Assembly: GCA_000002435.2 (NCBI GenBank)
Contig: CM018790.1
Strand: one strand, 5' to 3'
DNA: 64,000 nt
Source of the DNA: Giardia intestinalis
Lineage: Eukaryota
Positions within the stretch are counted from its first letter, which is position 1. The number at the start of each line of letters is the position of its first letter. Of this stretch, positions 57,401 through 64,000 are shown piece by piece. The translations under genes were made by a program, and so were the position numbers. The notes beneath the pieces were generated by a model. That model was not told where the DNA came from, made no database searches, and worked only from the letters and a program-made list of their open reading frames with translations.

Positions 57401-58745
57401 AGTTACGCCTATACTCTAAAATAAGCGAGATAGGACGAGAGAGTGCACTAATGAAAGACGAGTCTAACTGCAGCTCTACGGCCATGGTTGTCGTGCTATT
57501 TGGAGGAGTAAATGATCGGGTACGTGGACAATCGCTTGCTAGAAGCATGAACATTTTATACGCCGGGATAGAGTGCTTATCTGACTGTATCTTTAAATGA
57601 TGAGAAGGGGGTACTGTGCCCATTTGGTAAATTTGCCACGCAAGCGACGGAACAGAAAACTCTGTGGCGGCCCCGCTTCCCATAACCTCCATCGGGTCTA
57701 GCTGCGACTTGATCTCCTTGCTCTTACCAAGAAGCGACTCTAGCAGAGTAATCTTTGCTGTGCCAAACTCTGCCAAGCGCCAAAACGATCGCATGAGCTC
57801 TGTAACAGTATCAATTGGAGATGTATCCACCACAAGACAGGAAGGCGCATGGGGAACATAGATCCACGGGCCACCATTCCAGTATGACGCTGCATATGAG
57901 AAAAGGTCTGTTGCATTCAACGTTAACTTGTAGGAGTCGTGATTGGGAAACATGCTTGAAATGAATATGCGGATCGAGGCACGTGCAGGAACATTCTTGA
58001 GCCACTCATAGGCTGATTCTTTAGAATTATTGCCTGGGTTGTGCATGCTCTTGTTGCTTGGTCGTGGGGGGTCGTTGTACAATGAGGCATTCTCTGTGTT
58101 CAGCAGTCTGATAACATCATTATTTGGCGGTTCAGTGTCTTTGTAGGACGAAGGAATACAGATGGGAGAGACAAAAGAGCTGCCTACATTAAGGAAGGCT
58201 TTGTTGTTGGTGAGGAAGCGCATTTTTATTGATACAAAATGCAAGTACGAGCGAACATCCTCCTCGCTGATGCACCTAGATGTATGAATGACCTGGTTCT
58301 GGGTAGAGTATTCCACTCTGAAGGCAGAGACATTGAGCGGTTTTCCTTGCAGCCAAGGCGTTGTAGACTCGGTGTAGTAAGTAGTACGTATGGGCGGACT
58401 ATAAGTACATGTATTTAGATCTATGGCCTGGCTAGACTGCCTCTCAGTCGCAGAAGAGGTAGGAGGGGTGTGATGGTCTGTGGGAAAAGAGTGTGTGTTG
58501 GGCTCAGGGGTGCATATTTTCTCTAGTTGTAGTTTAGAATCATCAGTGTCATCGGAGACAAACCCCACAACCCAACCAGAGATGGCCTGCTTAACAACAC
58601 TTGATGGCTCAGCCCTGAGAAGAGATCCATCAGTGGATGCTAGAACAGTTCCATTGCTCAGAACGCTGAGATAAACGTCTCTTGCTACCGGCTGAAGAGG
58701 CTCGATGGCAAAAAAGAGAGTGGCGAAAACGATCAAGTAATGCAT
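54480..58745 (-). CDS. Large type I membrane protein (about 1421 aa): signal peptide, Cys-poor ectodomain of about 1100 aa, Cys-rich EGF/VSP-like membrane-proximal region, single C-terminal TM and short basic tail
   Basis: The track start 58766 is a GTG; the first ATG is at complement(58743..58745), giving MHYLIVFATLFFAIEPLQPVARD (signal-peptide-like). The C-terminus has about 40 Cys in the last 300 aa (CPPYLF..CVPC..CRPCPAGHSC...), then a TM (ITYVGIAIVLLALLIVVIILLL) and a basic tail (KYCHQCKIRRRRCNGL). Confidence 0.75.
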   Translation of the reverse strand: MHYLIVFATLFFAIEPLQPVARDVYLSVLSNGTVLASTDGSLLRAEPSSVVKQAISGWVVGFVSDDTDDSKLQLEKICTPEPNTHSFPTDHHTPPTSSATERQSSQAIDLNTCTYSPPIRTTYYTESTTPWLQGKPLNVSAFRVEYSTQNQVIHTSRCISEEDVRSYLHFVSIKMRFLTNNKAFLNVGSSFVSPICIPSSYKDTEPPNNDVIRLLNTENASLYNDPPRPSNKSMHNPGNNSKESAYEWLKNVPARASIRIFISSMFPNHDSYKLTLNATDLFSYAASYWNGGPWIYVPHAPSCLVVDTSPIDTVTELMRSFWRLAEFGTAKITLLESLLGKSKEIKSQLDPMEVMGSGAATEFSVPSLAWQIYQMGTVPPSHHLKIQSDKHSIPAYKMFMLLASDCPRTRSFTPPNSTTTMAVELQLDSSFISALSRPISLILEYRRNSVYSFGGLSIRLIVGDPQTPGSRFDSIAYSVQSEADVTGKFFLAIAQPIPGRIWKCPICDLNSFDLVVEKTVAPCYTSSLTEMLDNKTPPTFPQLSYAIISYLYQPASGFNRSLPHSLSSSSDTDTPKLFFLPFELTIPPGIVCTSSVPDVESSPAATINCSSYTFASGSVAFNIRPVFKKGGGTLRYYVQDIAYSWPHYTFRSSFALFSDGTNTDQSSLWFSTGLFASETLQIKLSKDSNAQKDLPADLLVHYVCGWTNSSSDDIADVVDVYNTRHGQMANALLIFTDEKYKALLSAVPRGYVAIRDMYWNIFTWVYDQTFAESIGSTMNLSLSFKEALTSDTDLMRDYEFTYRVLSLPYTDTQCTFRYYAHGYTEKEALSNYSRMYTYTHYKANTRRIAITELDYSSGSYTFTSASMPFPYLMDYDCTAAVFMPTLFSSKRWYALIDSYNADDDVEIYLDFHTSLPEYLVIFISTVRDVISIDCRMLTVIQRSVRDAAGEMVMISYKMSLKNLIGDTSFKHQSNNATNGVSISFSDDVTLVNMRVVSIKPRVVGAMPQDASSDVNSDLPKYTMTIPSGTILCAPMDANITTWTHEDFDIIISGKRYTVSSGNMHTVSTGYVFHRGLYTIPYSYWDEQYNLDEEPVSCEHKTYLWRGLNSSLNCVPCLDGSICKDNIRKPCDFGFFTSKNSESCDRIYPGNYSTITEEIAYQEPIYHVQYTSDGSGYLTTNCPPYLFMNKAFCVPCLLLGYLCIPGKEQILCPRGFRCIRGMPIPCIGNEYQDEEGQGTCKKSASTLICYASKNETNVPYSIVEQEYTANLPLAIHSMVGDGPNGGCRPCPAGHSCRNPESVGGLLVQRCPIDEFSMSGLSQCEGCPSGDMQSAVGDACIHIPLKVRDDATVDPDDQMCTPANCLYTCINDVCVSPNALEWKIFITYVGIAIVLLALLIVVIILLLKYCHQCKIRRRRCNGL

Positions 58746-58872
58746 AAGATTACCAAGGTCAACCACCTTTTTGGAAATTCAGTTGAAATGGCAACGTGGT
58801 TTTTAATAAGTGATAAAACTAAACTCTGTGTTTTGACGCAAAGTTGGTAGTCGGTCCATTTACACAGAAGCC

Positions 58873-59445
58873 TCATAAGAAGTATTCAGAGATAGAGGTA
58901 ATAAGGGTGGGCCTGCTGGTTTTACTACTTCCACTAGTTGTTTCCTTCGCAAGGTTTTCATGGAAAAGGATGCAGTGTCGAGCTGGATGCATGCTATCCT
59001 GAAGAATGTATCGTTCAGTGCAAAGACCTATAGTAAATGTTATGGGGGCCAGATATGGCCCTAGAGAATCCTTGATTGCATGGTCCCGTACCCAGCTAGA
59101 TGCATGGGCCGAGTCGTGCTGCGCAAGCTGGTACTGCACTGGGGTTATGTTTATTTCTGATGGAGCGAAATCTGTCGGCCGCTGCTTGCCGTTTTTGTGG
59201 TCACGATAGCACTCCGTTGGAGCTGTTAGCTTCAAGGTATGGACTAGATCTGCGTTATCCCCCGAAAGGATGAGCGTAGGGGGCATAGCCATATCAATCG
59301 CCATTGTAATAAGTTTAAGAAGCTGATTATATTGGCCGTGCACCGTAGAAACGGATCCGGCTTTAGCAGTATTCGGATCTAGAGAGTCTGTGCCTTGGTC
59401 CTCTGGATCCATCCTTAAGTACTTCTCGAAAAACTGAAGGCTCAT
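58873..59445 (-). CDS. Hypothetical protein (190 aa)
   Basis: An ATG-initiated ORF. Its start is only 12 nt from the divergent ATG of the next gene. No family recognised. Confidence 0.5.
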   Translation of the reverse strand: MSLQFFEKYLRMDPEDQGTDSLDPNTAKAGSVSTVHGQYNQLLKLITMAIDMAMPPTLILSGDNADLVHTLKLTAPTECYRDHKNGKQRPTDFAPSEINITPVQYQLAQHDSAHASSWVRDHAIKDSLGPYLAPITFTIGLCTERYILQDSMHPARHCILFHENLAKETTSGSSKTSRPTLITSISEYFL

Positions 59446-59457
59446 GACGTAAATAAA
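59446..59457. promoter_or_regulatory. 12-nt spacer between divergent start codons (ctcATG-acgtaaataaa-ATGatt)
   Basis: Direct read. The AT-rich acgtaaataaa sits between complement(59443..59445) and 59458..59460. Any promoter for either gene must extend into the other gene's coding sequence. Confidence 0.4.
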
Positions 59458-62067
59458 ATGATTAAACAGAGACTTATTGAGGCTTTACGTGCTCTAGAAC
59501 TGCCGGTAGATGAGATAGAATCTGTCCCCGCTATAGGTTTACTAAACCCGGTAGTCCTTACCGTTTTGATTCTCGAATTTATTGATTTATTGCCCCCAGA
59601 AAAGCAGATCAAAATCCTACACAAACAGCCCGTAGAGTCTCTGTTAAATAACAGAAGGATCATCTCTGCGTTAGACTTCCTCTGCCTGTATGATTGTATG
59701 GCTTCAAGCAAGATTTCCCTGACACCCGTCCCACCAATCACCACGATACAATCTTTCGCGGATTTATATTCTAAAATTAAGGATTTTCTCCGACGAATGT
59801 GTTACCTGGTGGAGGGCATCATTGCCGGGAGTGCTCTTTTTCCCATGCAAAATACCCTGACAGAGACTGACGCGCAAGCAGCCAAGGTTGAGGAAAACCT
59901 ACTTGGATTGTCTCCTCTTGTTTACTGTGTAAAAACTAATAATGCAGCTACGAATCCAGTTATAACTAACGAGTCGTTCTTGGAAGACAGTCCTGCCAGA
60001 ACCAGAATTGGCAAATCGTTTGAATTCATATTTACGGAGCAGGAAATTGAAAACTTTTCGTACAAAGATTATAACAGTCTACCATTCAAACTAGAAAAAT
60101 ATATTTATGAACTCAATCTGGCTGTTCTGCGGCGGGTTGGTGTCTGCACTGCACCTCATGACATACACTTTTCCTTCCATTTGACAACGACTGTATGCCA
60201 GGACAACAATATGAAAGACACTGGCACATACTATGTTCCACTCCACAGTCCTGCACCAATCATATTACAGCCAGAGAGTTTGACATTTGACCAGATAGAG
60301 CCTGAACTGATAGAGATCTCTCGGTTGCGAAACGCTTCAGATGAGGAGGAAGATGAAGAGGATGCTGATGTTACTACGCCCCGCGAGCGCATTCTTATAC
60401 AGGCCAAGCAGATTGAAGAGCAGATAGAGGTACTCAACCCATCATATACAAATGTCGGTTCTGAAAATCCTTTCTTTAACACACATGCAACAAACACCAC
60501 TAGCTCCTCAGGCCAAATGTGGCAGAAAGTTTCTAGTGAGACGGACGGGATCACCCTCAGTCTACTACCCTCCTCAACAGACGCGAAGCCAAGATGGCTT
60601 GTAGATAGCTCGACACAGCTCAATACTATGGGAAATGGAGATAGTCTGCGGCATGATGGGGACCTGTACGAGACTTTTGATAGAGACAAAGATGGAGTGG
60701 GCGCCCAGAACAAGTTTTCTCACCTATCTGTTACAGCATCAGACAAGGTCTATGAGGTATCACCAAGCAGCAGTCAGCACAACTCTTTCAGAGCAAGTCT
60801 AGAGGACAACAAGTCCTGCTCTTATTCTCAGTCTCAGAGTACATCTAACAACAGTGGGCAAAGTCCACACATATATGCCAATGATGAAGATGCTTCCTTG
60901 GCTCCGTCGCGTGTTACCTTTAATGAGGCCGTAGAAGTTGATCCAGGGAGATGCTATAGGTTAAAGCCTTTTGACGAAATGCAAGACGTAATTAACAGCA
61001 TAGCACTAATGAATAATATGTCTGTTCACATCCATGAACTAGAAGAGAAGGTGTCGTCTCTATTGAGTGAAAATGACAAGTTACTGAATAGATATACTCT
61101 TGTGGTCAACGAACACGAGCATGAAAAGGCTGCACTAAACGCGTCATTGAATGAGGCTCTACAGAAGATAAGAACTCTTGAAGCTAAGGTTTTAGAGTTA
61201 GAAATTAAACAGTCTAGTGACGCGTACTTTACCAAGCTCTCTGTTAGTACGCAACCTCTAGCTCAAAAAACTAATCCTGAAACAGCCAGGTCCCTCACAG
61301 CACACCCACAGCGCACGCGACATTTCCCCGAGATCAGCTTTTCCCCTGTGGCAAGTGACGCTGCCGTACAAAACATATCAATAAAGGGACAGCGAGACAT
61401 AACGTGCAATACTGCAGGTGTTTCTGTTACTGCCGTAGTCGCACAGCCCATAGACAATTCCGCAATACATGACACACATGCAATTCAGCACCCAATCTCA
61501 GAAGCAAATCTAGAGCTCCACGACCTGGACCTTGGCTGCAGTCTTGCTTCAACACCAGCACGTCTGCAGACACACCATCCCTCCACTGCACTAGATCCCT
61601 TGGCCCTATCCACTTCAAAGCAGATTGACTTGTTTTCCAGTCATGAGCATACTCTTGCAGCTCAACGTCCAGGTCTCTTCTCAAACATGCAGCGTTTGAA
61701 TGTAACGCCCATGAAGTCGGCTGAAAGGCGAGAGCGCCGTTCAGAAAGTTTTGACGGCAGCAGCCAGCACTTGAAGAAGTCAAGGAAGCCACGTACTGCC
61801 TCACACAGCCGCGAGAAAAAGGATGTATCTACTAATGCAAACTCGGCTTTGGTGAAGGAGATGCTTGAGAAAATACTCAGCAGCAGCTCCATACAAAATA
61901 AGGCATATCTGGCCGGAGCCAATCAAGTCAAGGCAGAGACCCTATCGTCTCAAATTCGGTCATTGTCAATAGAAAGAGAAGCACCCATGAAGCCACCTGG
62001 ATCTCCAACAAGCAGTGTTCGGAGGCTCAGACACGCGTCGGCCATTACTCGTAGTAATAGGCAGTAA
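59458..62067 (+). CDS. Hypothetical coiled-coil protein (869 aa) with Ser-rich low-complexity regions
   Basis: An ATG-initiated long ORF. A predicted coiled coil lies around MSVHIHELEEKVSSLLSENDKLLNRYTLVVNEHEHEKAALNASLNEALQKIRTLEAKVLELEIKQ. An AGTAAAT motif overlaps the TAA stop (62063..62069). Confidence 0.65.
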   Translation: MIKQRLIEALRALELPVDEIESVPAIGLLNPVVLTVLILEFIDLLPPEKQIKILHKQPVESLLNNRRIISALDFLCLYDCMASSKISLTPVPPITTIQSFADLYSKIKDFLRRMCYLVEGIIAGSALFPMQNTLTETDAQAAKVEENLLGLSPLVYCVKTNNAATNPVITNESFLEDSPARTRIGKSFEFIFTEQEIENFSYKDYNSLPFKLEKYIYELNLAVLRRVGVCTAPHDIHFSFHLTTTVCQDNNMKDTGTYYVPLHSPAPIILQPESLTFDQIEPELIEISRLRNASDEEEDEEDADVTTPRERILIQAKQIEEQIEVLNPSYTNVGSENPFFNTHATNTTSSSGQMWQKVSSETDGITLSLLPSSTDAKPRWLVDSSTQLNTMGNGDSLRHDGDLYETFDRDKDGVGAQNKFSHLSVTASDKVYEVSPSSSQHNSFRASLEDNKSCSYSQSQSTSNNSGQSPHIYANDEDASLAPSRVTFNEAVEVDPGRCYRLKPFDEMQDVINSIALMNNMSVHIHELEEKVSSLLSENDKLLNRYTLVVNEHEHEKAALNASLNEALQKIRTLEAKVLELEIKQSSDAYFTKLSVSTQPLAQKTNPETARSLTAHPQRTRHFPEISFSPVASDAAVQNISIKGQRDITCNTAGVSVTAVVAQPIDNSAIHDTHAIQHPISEANLELHDLDLGCSLASTPARLQTHHPSTALDPLALSTSKQIDLFSSHEHTLAAQRPGLFSNMQRLNVTPMKSAERRERRSESFDGSSQHLKKSRKPRTASHSREKKDVSTNANSALVKEMLEKILSSSSIQNKAYLAGANQVKAETLSSQIRSLSIEREAPMKPPGSPTSSVRRLRHASAITRSNRQ

Positions 62068-62069
62068 AT
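62063..62069 (+). promoter_or_regulatory. Putative polyadenylation signal AGTAAAT overlapping the TAA stop of the 869-aa gene
   Basis: gcAGTAAATatgAAGTGAAAtg; a second AGTGAAA lies 9 nt further on. Matches the AGTRAAY consensus. Confidence 0.4.
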
Positions 62070-62108
62070 ATGAAGTGAAATGAATGCCCAAAAATTAATA
62101 CGGGCCCC

Positions 62109-63557
62109 ATGGACAACGATCGCAAGCAACTATGTGAGCGGCTCATTAAAAAGGTATTCCAGTTTGCAGAGCTAAAAGCAAGCCGCATTCAAAGGGCAGA
62201 AAGGCTTGAGCAGAAAATAGCATCTATTAATGCCACCCCAGCAGTCGAGGAAGAGCTCAAGGCAGACCTTAGAAAGCGTGAAAGAGAATATTTGCGTCTC
62301 ATGAGGCGCAAGATCAATGTCAATCTCTTTGAAAAGATCAAGATGCTGGGCAAGGGTGCCTTTGGATCTGTGTGGCTAGTCCGTGAGAAGTCCACCCAGA
62401 AGTACTTCGCTATGAAGCAGCTGTGCAAAGATGAAATGATCAGGAGAGGCCAGGTTGAGCACTGCATTACTGAGAAAGAAATTATGGCTTCTTCTGTTAG
62501 TGATTGGATCATCCGACTATACTACTCCTTTCAGGATGACCTGTATCTCTATCTAGTGATGGAGTTTGCTATTGGTGGGGATCTCATGGGCCTTCTAATT
62601 AGGGTTGACCTGTTTCCAGAACCAGTCGCACGTTTTTATATGTCGCAATGCTGTGCTTGTATTAATGAAATTCATAAGAACAACTCCTTTTATCGGGACG
62701 CCAAGCCAGATAACTTTCTTATTTCGGAAAGCGGACATGTCAAGCTCTCCGATTTCAGTCTAGCCAAGGACTTTAAATCTAGGCCCGGAACAATGGAAGT
62801 AACAACCATGAGTGACGAGCACTTGGGTACCGGATCGATAAACCCGCTTGCAAGCCCTACTCTATCCCCAGGATTGAGCGGCACAGCATCATCCTTGAGG
62901 TCCGAGGCTACCGGATCAATAACTGCTCCCTCCATGACCGTGCCAGACAATGTGGGGATTATGCACAATCGCGCATATTCAACGGTAGGAACTCTTGACT
63001 ACAGCGCCGTGGAGATCGTGCGCAAAGATCCAGGCGGCTATGGTCACAAGGTGGACTGGTGGAGTATGGGCGCCATCTTGTATGAGTGCGTCTTTGGTTA
63101 CCCGCCCTTTGGATCTGACAATCCTCGAGATTCTGTTAAGAAAATAGTCAAATACAAGCAGTACCTCAAATTTCCCGCAGACCCTAAGGTCTCTCCCGAG
63201 TGCATTGATTTAATAAAGCATTTGATATGCGAGCCTGAAGAGCGCTATGACTTCGAGCAGATAAAAGCCCATCCGTGGTTTGCTAACGTTGACTGGAACG
63301 ATCTGCATTCCTACAACCCTCCATTCAAGCCAAATGTTAGCTCTGAAGTCGACCTAAAGTACTTTGATTTCGTGAATGAGGCCAAGGATGGTGGGCCTGT
63401 TGAGGCTCTTCCAGAGTGCAAGGAGCAGGTGAAGTGGTTCTCGCCTCCTACATTTGGAAATTATACATATCGAGCATTTCCTGGCACTGTCGACTTACGC
63501 ACTAACGCAAATAACAGAACCAATGTCAAAGACCTCTTTAAGCCGCCTGGGAATTAA
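62109..63557 (+). CDS. AGC-group NDR/LATS-family protein kinase (482 aa)
   Basis: An NDR-type N-terminal regulatory helix; glycine loop LGKGAFGSV; beta3 YFAMKQL; catalytic loop YRDAKPDN; a long activation-segment insert typical of NDR kinases; activation site AYSTVGTLDYSAVEI; a C-terminal hydrophobic motif FGNYTYRAF (cf. F-x-x-Y-T-Y-K/R-x-F). DFG reads DFS and APE reads AVE. An AGTGAAC signal lies 15 nt after the stop (63572..63578). Confidence 0.85.
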   Translation: MDNDRKQLCERLIKKVFQFAELKASRIQRAERLEQKIASINATPAVEEELKADLRKREREYLRLMRRKINVNLFEKIKMLGKGAFGSVWLVREKSTQKYFAMKQLCKDEMIRRGQVEHCITEKEIMASSVSDWIIRLYYSFQDDLYLYLVMEFAIGGDLMGLLIRVDLFPEPVARFYMSQCCACINEIHKNNSFYRDAKPDNFLISESGHVKLSDFSLAKDFKSRPGTMEVTTMSDEHLGTGSINPLASPTLSPGLSGTASSLRSEATGSITAPSMTVPDNVGIMHNRAYSTVGTLDYSAVEIVRKDPGGYGHKVDWWSMGAILYECVFGYPPFGSDNPRDSVKKIVKYKQYLKFPADPKVSPECIDLIKHLICEPEERYDFEQIKAHPWFANVDWNDLHSYNPPFKPNVSSEVDLKYFDFVNEAKDGGPVEALPECKEQVKWFSPPTFGNYTYRAFPGTVDLRTNANNRTNVKDLFKPPGN

Positions 63558-63725
63558 TATTTGTTGCAGCGAGTGAACCTAACTTAGTAGTGCACATGGA
63601 GCCTAGCTAGAGGACTTATTGTTTCTAGCTCGTTTACATATAAAGTAGAAGCGCTGCCATTTGACCGTTCCGCGTGCCCAACTCCTTTGTTCTGGTCCCT
63701 TTTACTTCCAAACTATTTAGACTAC

Positions 63726-63995
63726 CTAGACCCGCTCACCATAGATGCGTACATACTGAGATAACTGATACCGTGGCCACCGGACGTACCATCTGCTGAA
63801 GAGGGAACAGGTAAGGGCAAATGAAACCAGTCCAAAGAGGAAGATGATTAGATAAGGTACAATCGCGCTTGTGGTCGCATGCTGAGAACACAAGACAAAT
63901 AGAAGAACAGCAAACACGAGCAAAAACACAAGGAGAGAGGCAAAAGACAGATGGAATACCTCGTTGCTCTTTTGAAGGGGATTAGTTATAGACAT
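63726..63995 (-). CDS. Possible small two-TM membrane protein (89 aa), or the 3' part of a gene starting beyond the right window edge
   Basis: The ATG-initiated ORF starts 5 nt from the window end. Two hydrophobic segments (LLVFLLVFAVLLFVL; LIIFLFGLVSFAL). I cannot exclude upstream extension outside the window. Confidence 0.3.
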   Translation of the reverse strand: MSITNPLQKSNEVFHLSFASLLVFLLVFAVLLFVLCSQHATTSAIVPYLIIFLFGLVSFALTCSLFSRWYVRWPRYQLSQYVRIYGERV

Positions 63996-64000
63996 GCGCA

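Noticed and set aside
1-64000. A prokaryotic interpretation of the window (operons, defence islands, CRISPR, IS elements, integrases)
   Set aside because: There are no Shine-Dalgarno contexts, no inverted-repeat-bounded elements, no CRISPR-like direct repeats, and no transposase or integrase motifs. The gene families are eukaryote-specific (NEK/NDR kinases, V-ATPase C, Bud20, nuclear tRNA with Pol III terminator, ankyrin 21.1), with Giardia-type poly(A) signals. The bacterial-looking PHP and MFS genes are embedded with overlaps among eukaryotic genes.

Overview
The window looks eukaryotic and Giardia-like (a diplomonad), not prokaryotic. Supporting observations:
- Genes are densely packed and intron-less, with short AT-rich initiator regions directly upstream of ATGs.
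- AGTRAAY polyadenylation-signal matches overlap or closely follow several stop codons.
- There are no Shine-Dalgarno contexts.
- The gene content is typical of Giardia: a giant CXXC/GGCY cysteine-rich surface-protein gene (VSP/HCMP-like), two 'Protein 21.1'-type ankyrin-repeat proteins, two catalytically degenerate NEK-like kinases (one fused to ankyrin repeats), an NDR-family AGC kinase, V-ATPase subunit C, a ZNF593/Bud20 zinc-finger protein, and several very large alpha-helical hypothetical proteins (one probably Dopey/DOP1 family).
- One nuclear-type tRNA-Gln(CUG) gene sits 16 nt upstream of the Bud20-like ORF.

The supplied ORF track uses alternative start codons (TTG/GTG shown as M), so I re-anchored those ORFs to the first in-frame ATG. 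The track also omits ORFs that lack an in-window stop. This is why the largest gene here is not listed: a cysteine-rich protein of at least 2309 codons on the minus strand, complement(1..6929), that runs off the window's left edge.

I do not see a prokaryotic-style defence or mobile system, CRISPR array, rRNA or transposon. The most notable things are:
- (i) a bacterial-type PHP/TrpH-like phosphoesterase gene (candidate lateral transfer) divergent from the tRNA;
- (ii) extreme gene packing, with a 5-nt stop-to-stop spacer, a 12-nt ATG-to-ATG divergent spacer, and several true coding overlaps including a 58-nt same-strand overlap;
- (iii) a possible mini-cluster of flagellum-associated small genes (CFAP300-like, Rab-like GTPase, LRR protein);
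- (iv) an unusual 1421-aa type I membrane protein with a Cys-poor ectodomain and a Cys-rich membrane-proximal stalk.

All functional calls are from motif recognition by eye. None is confirmed by a search.
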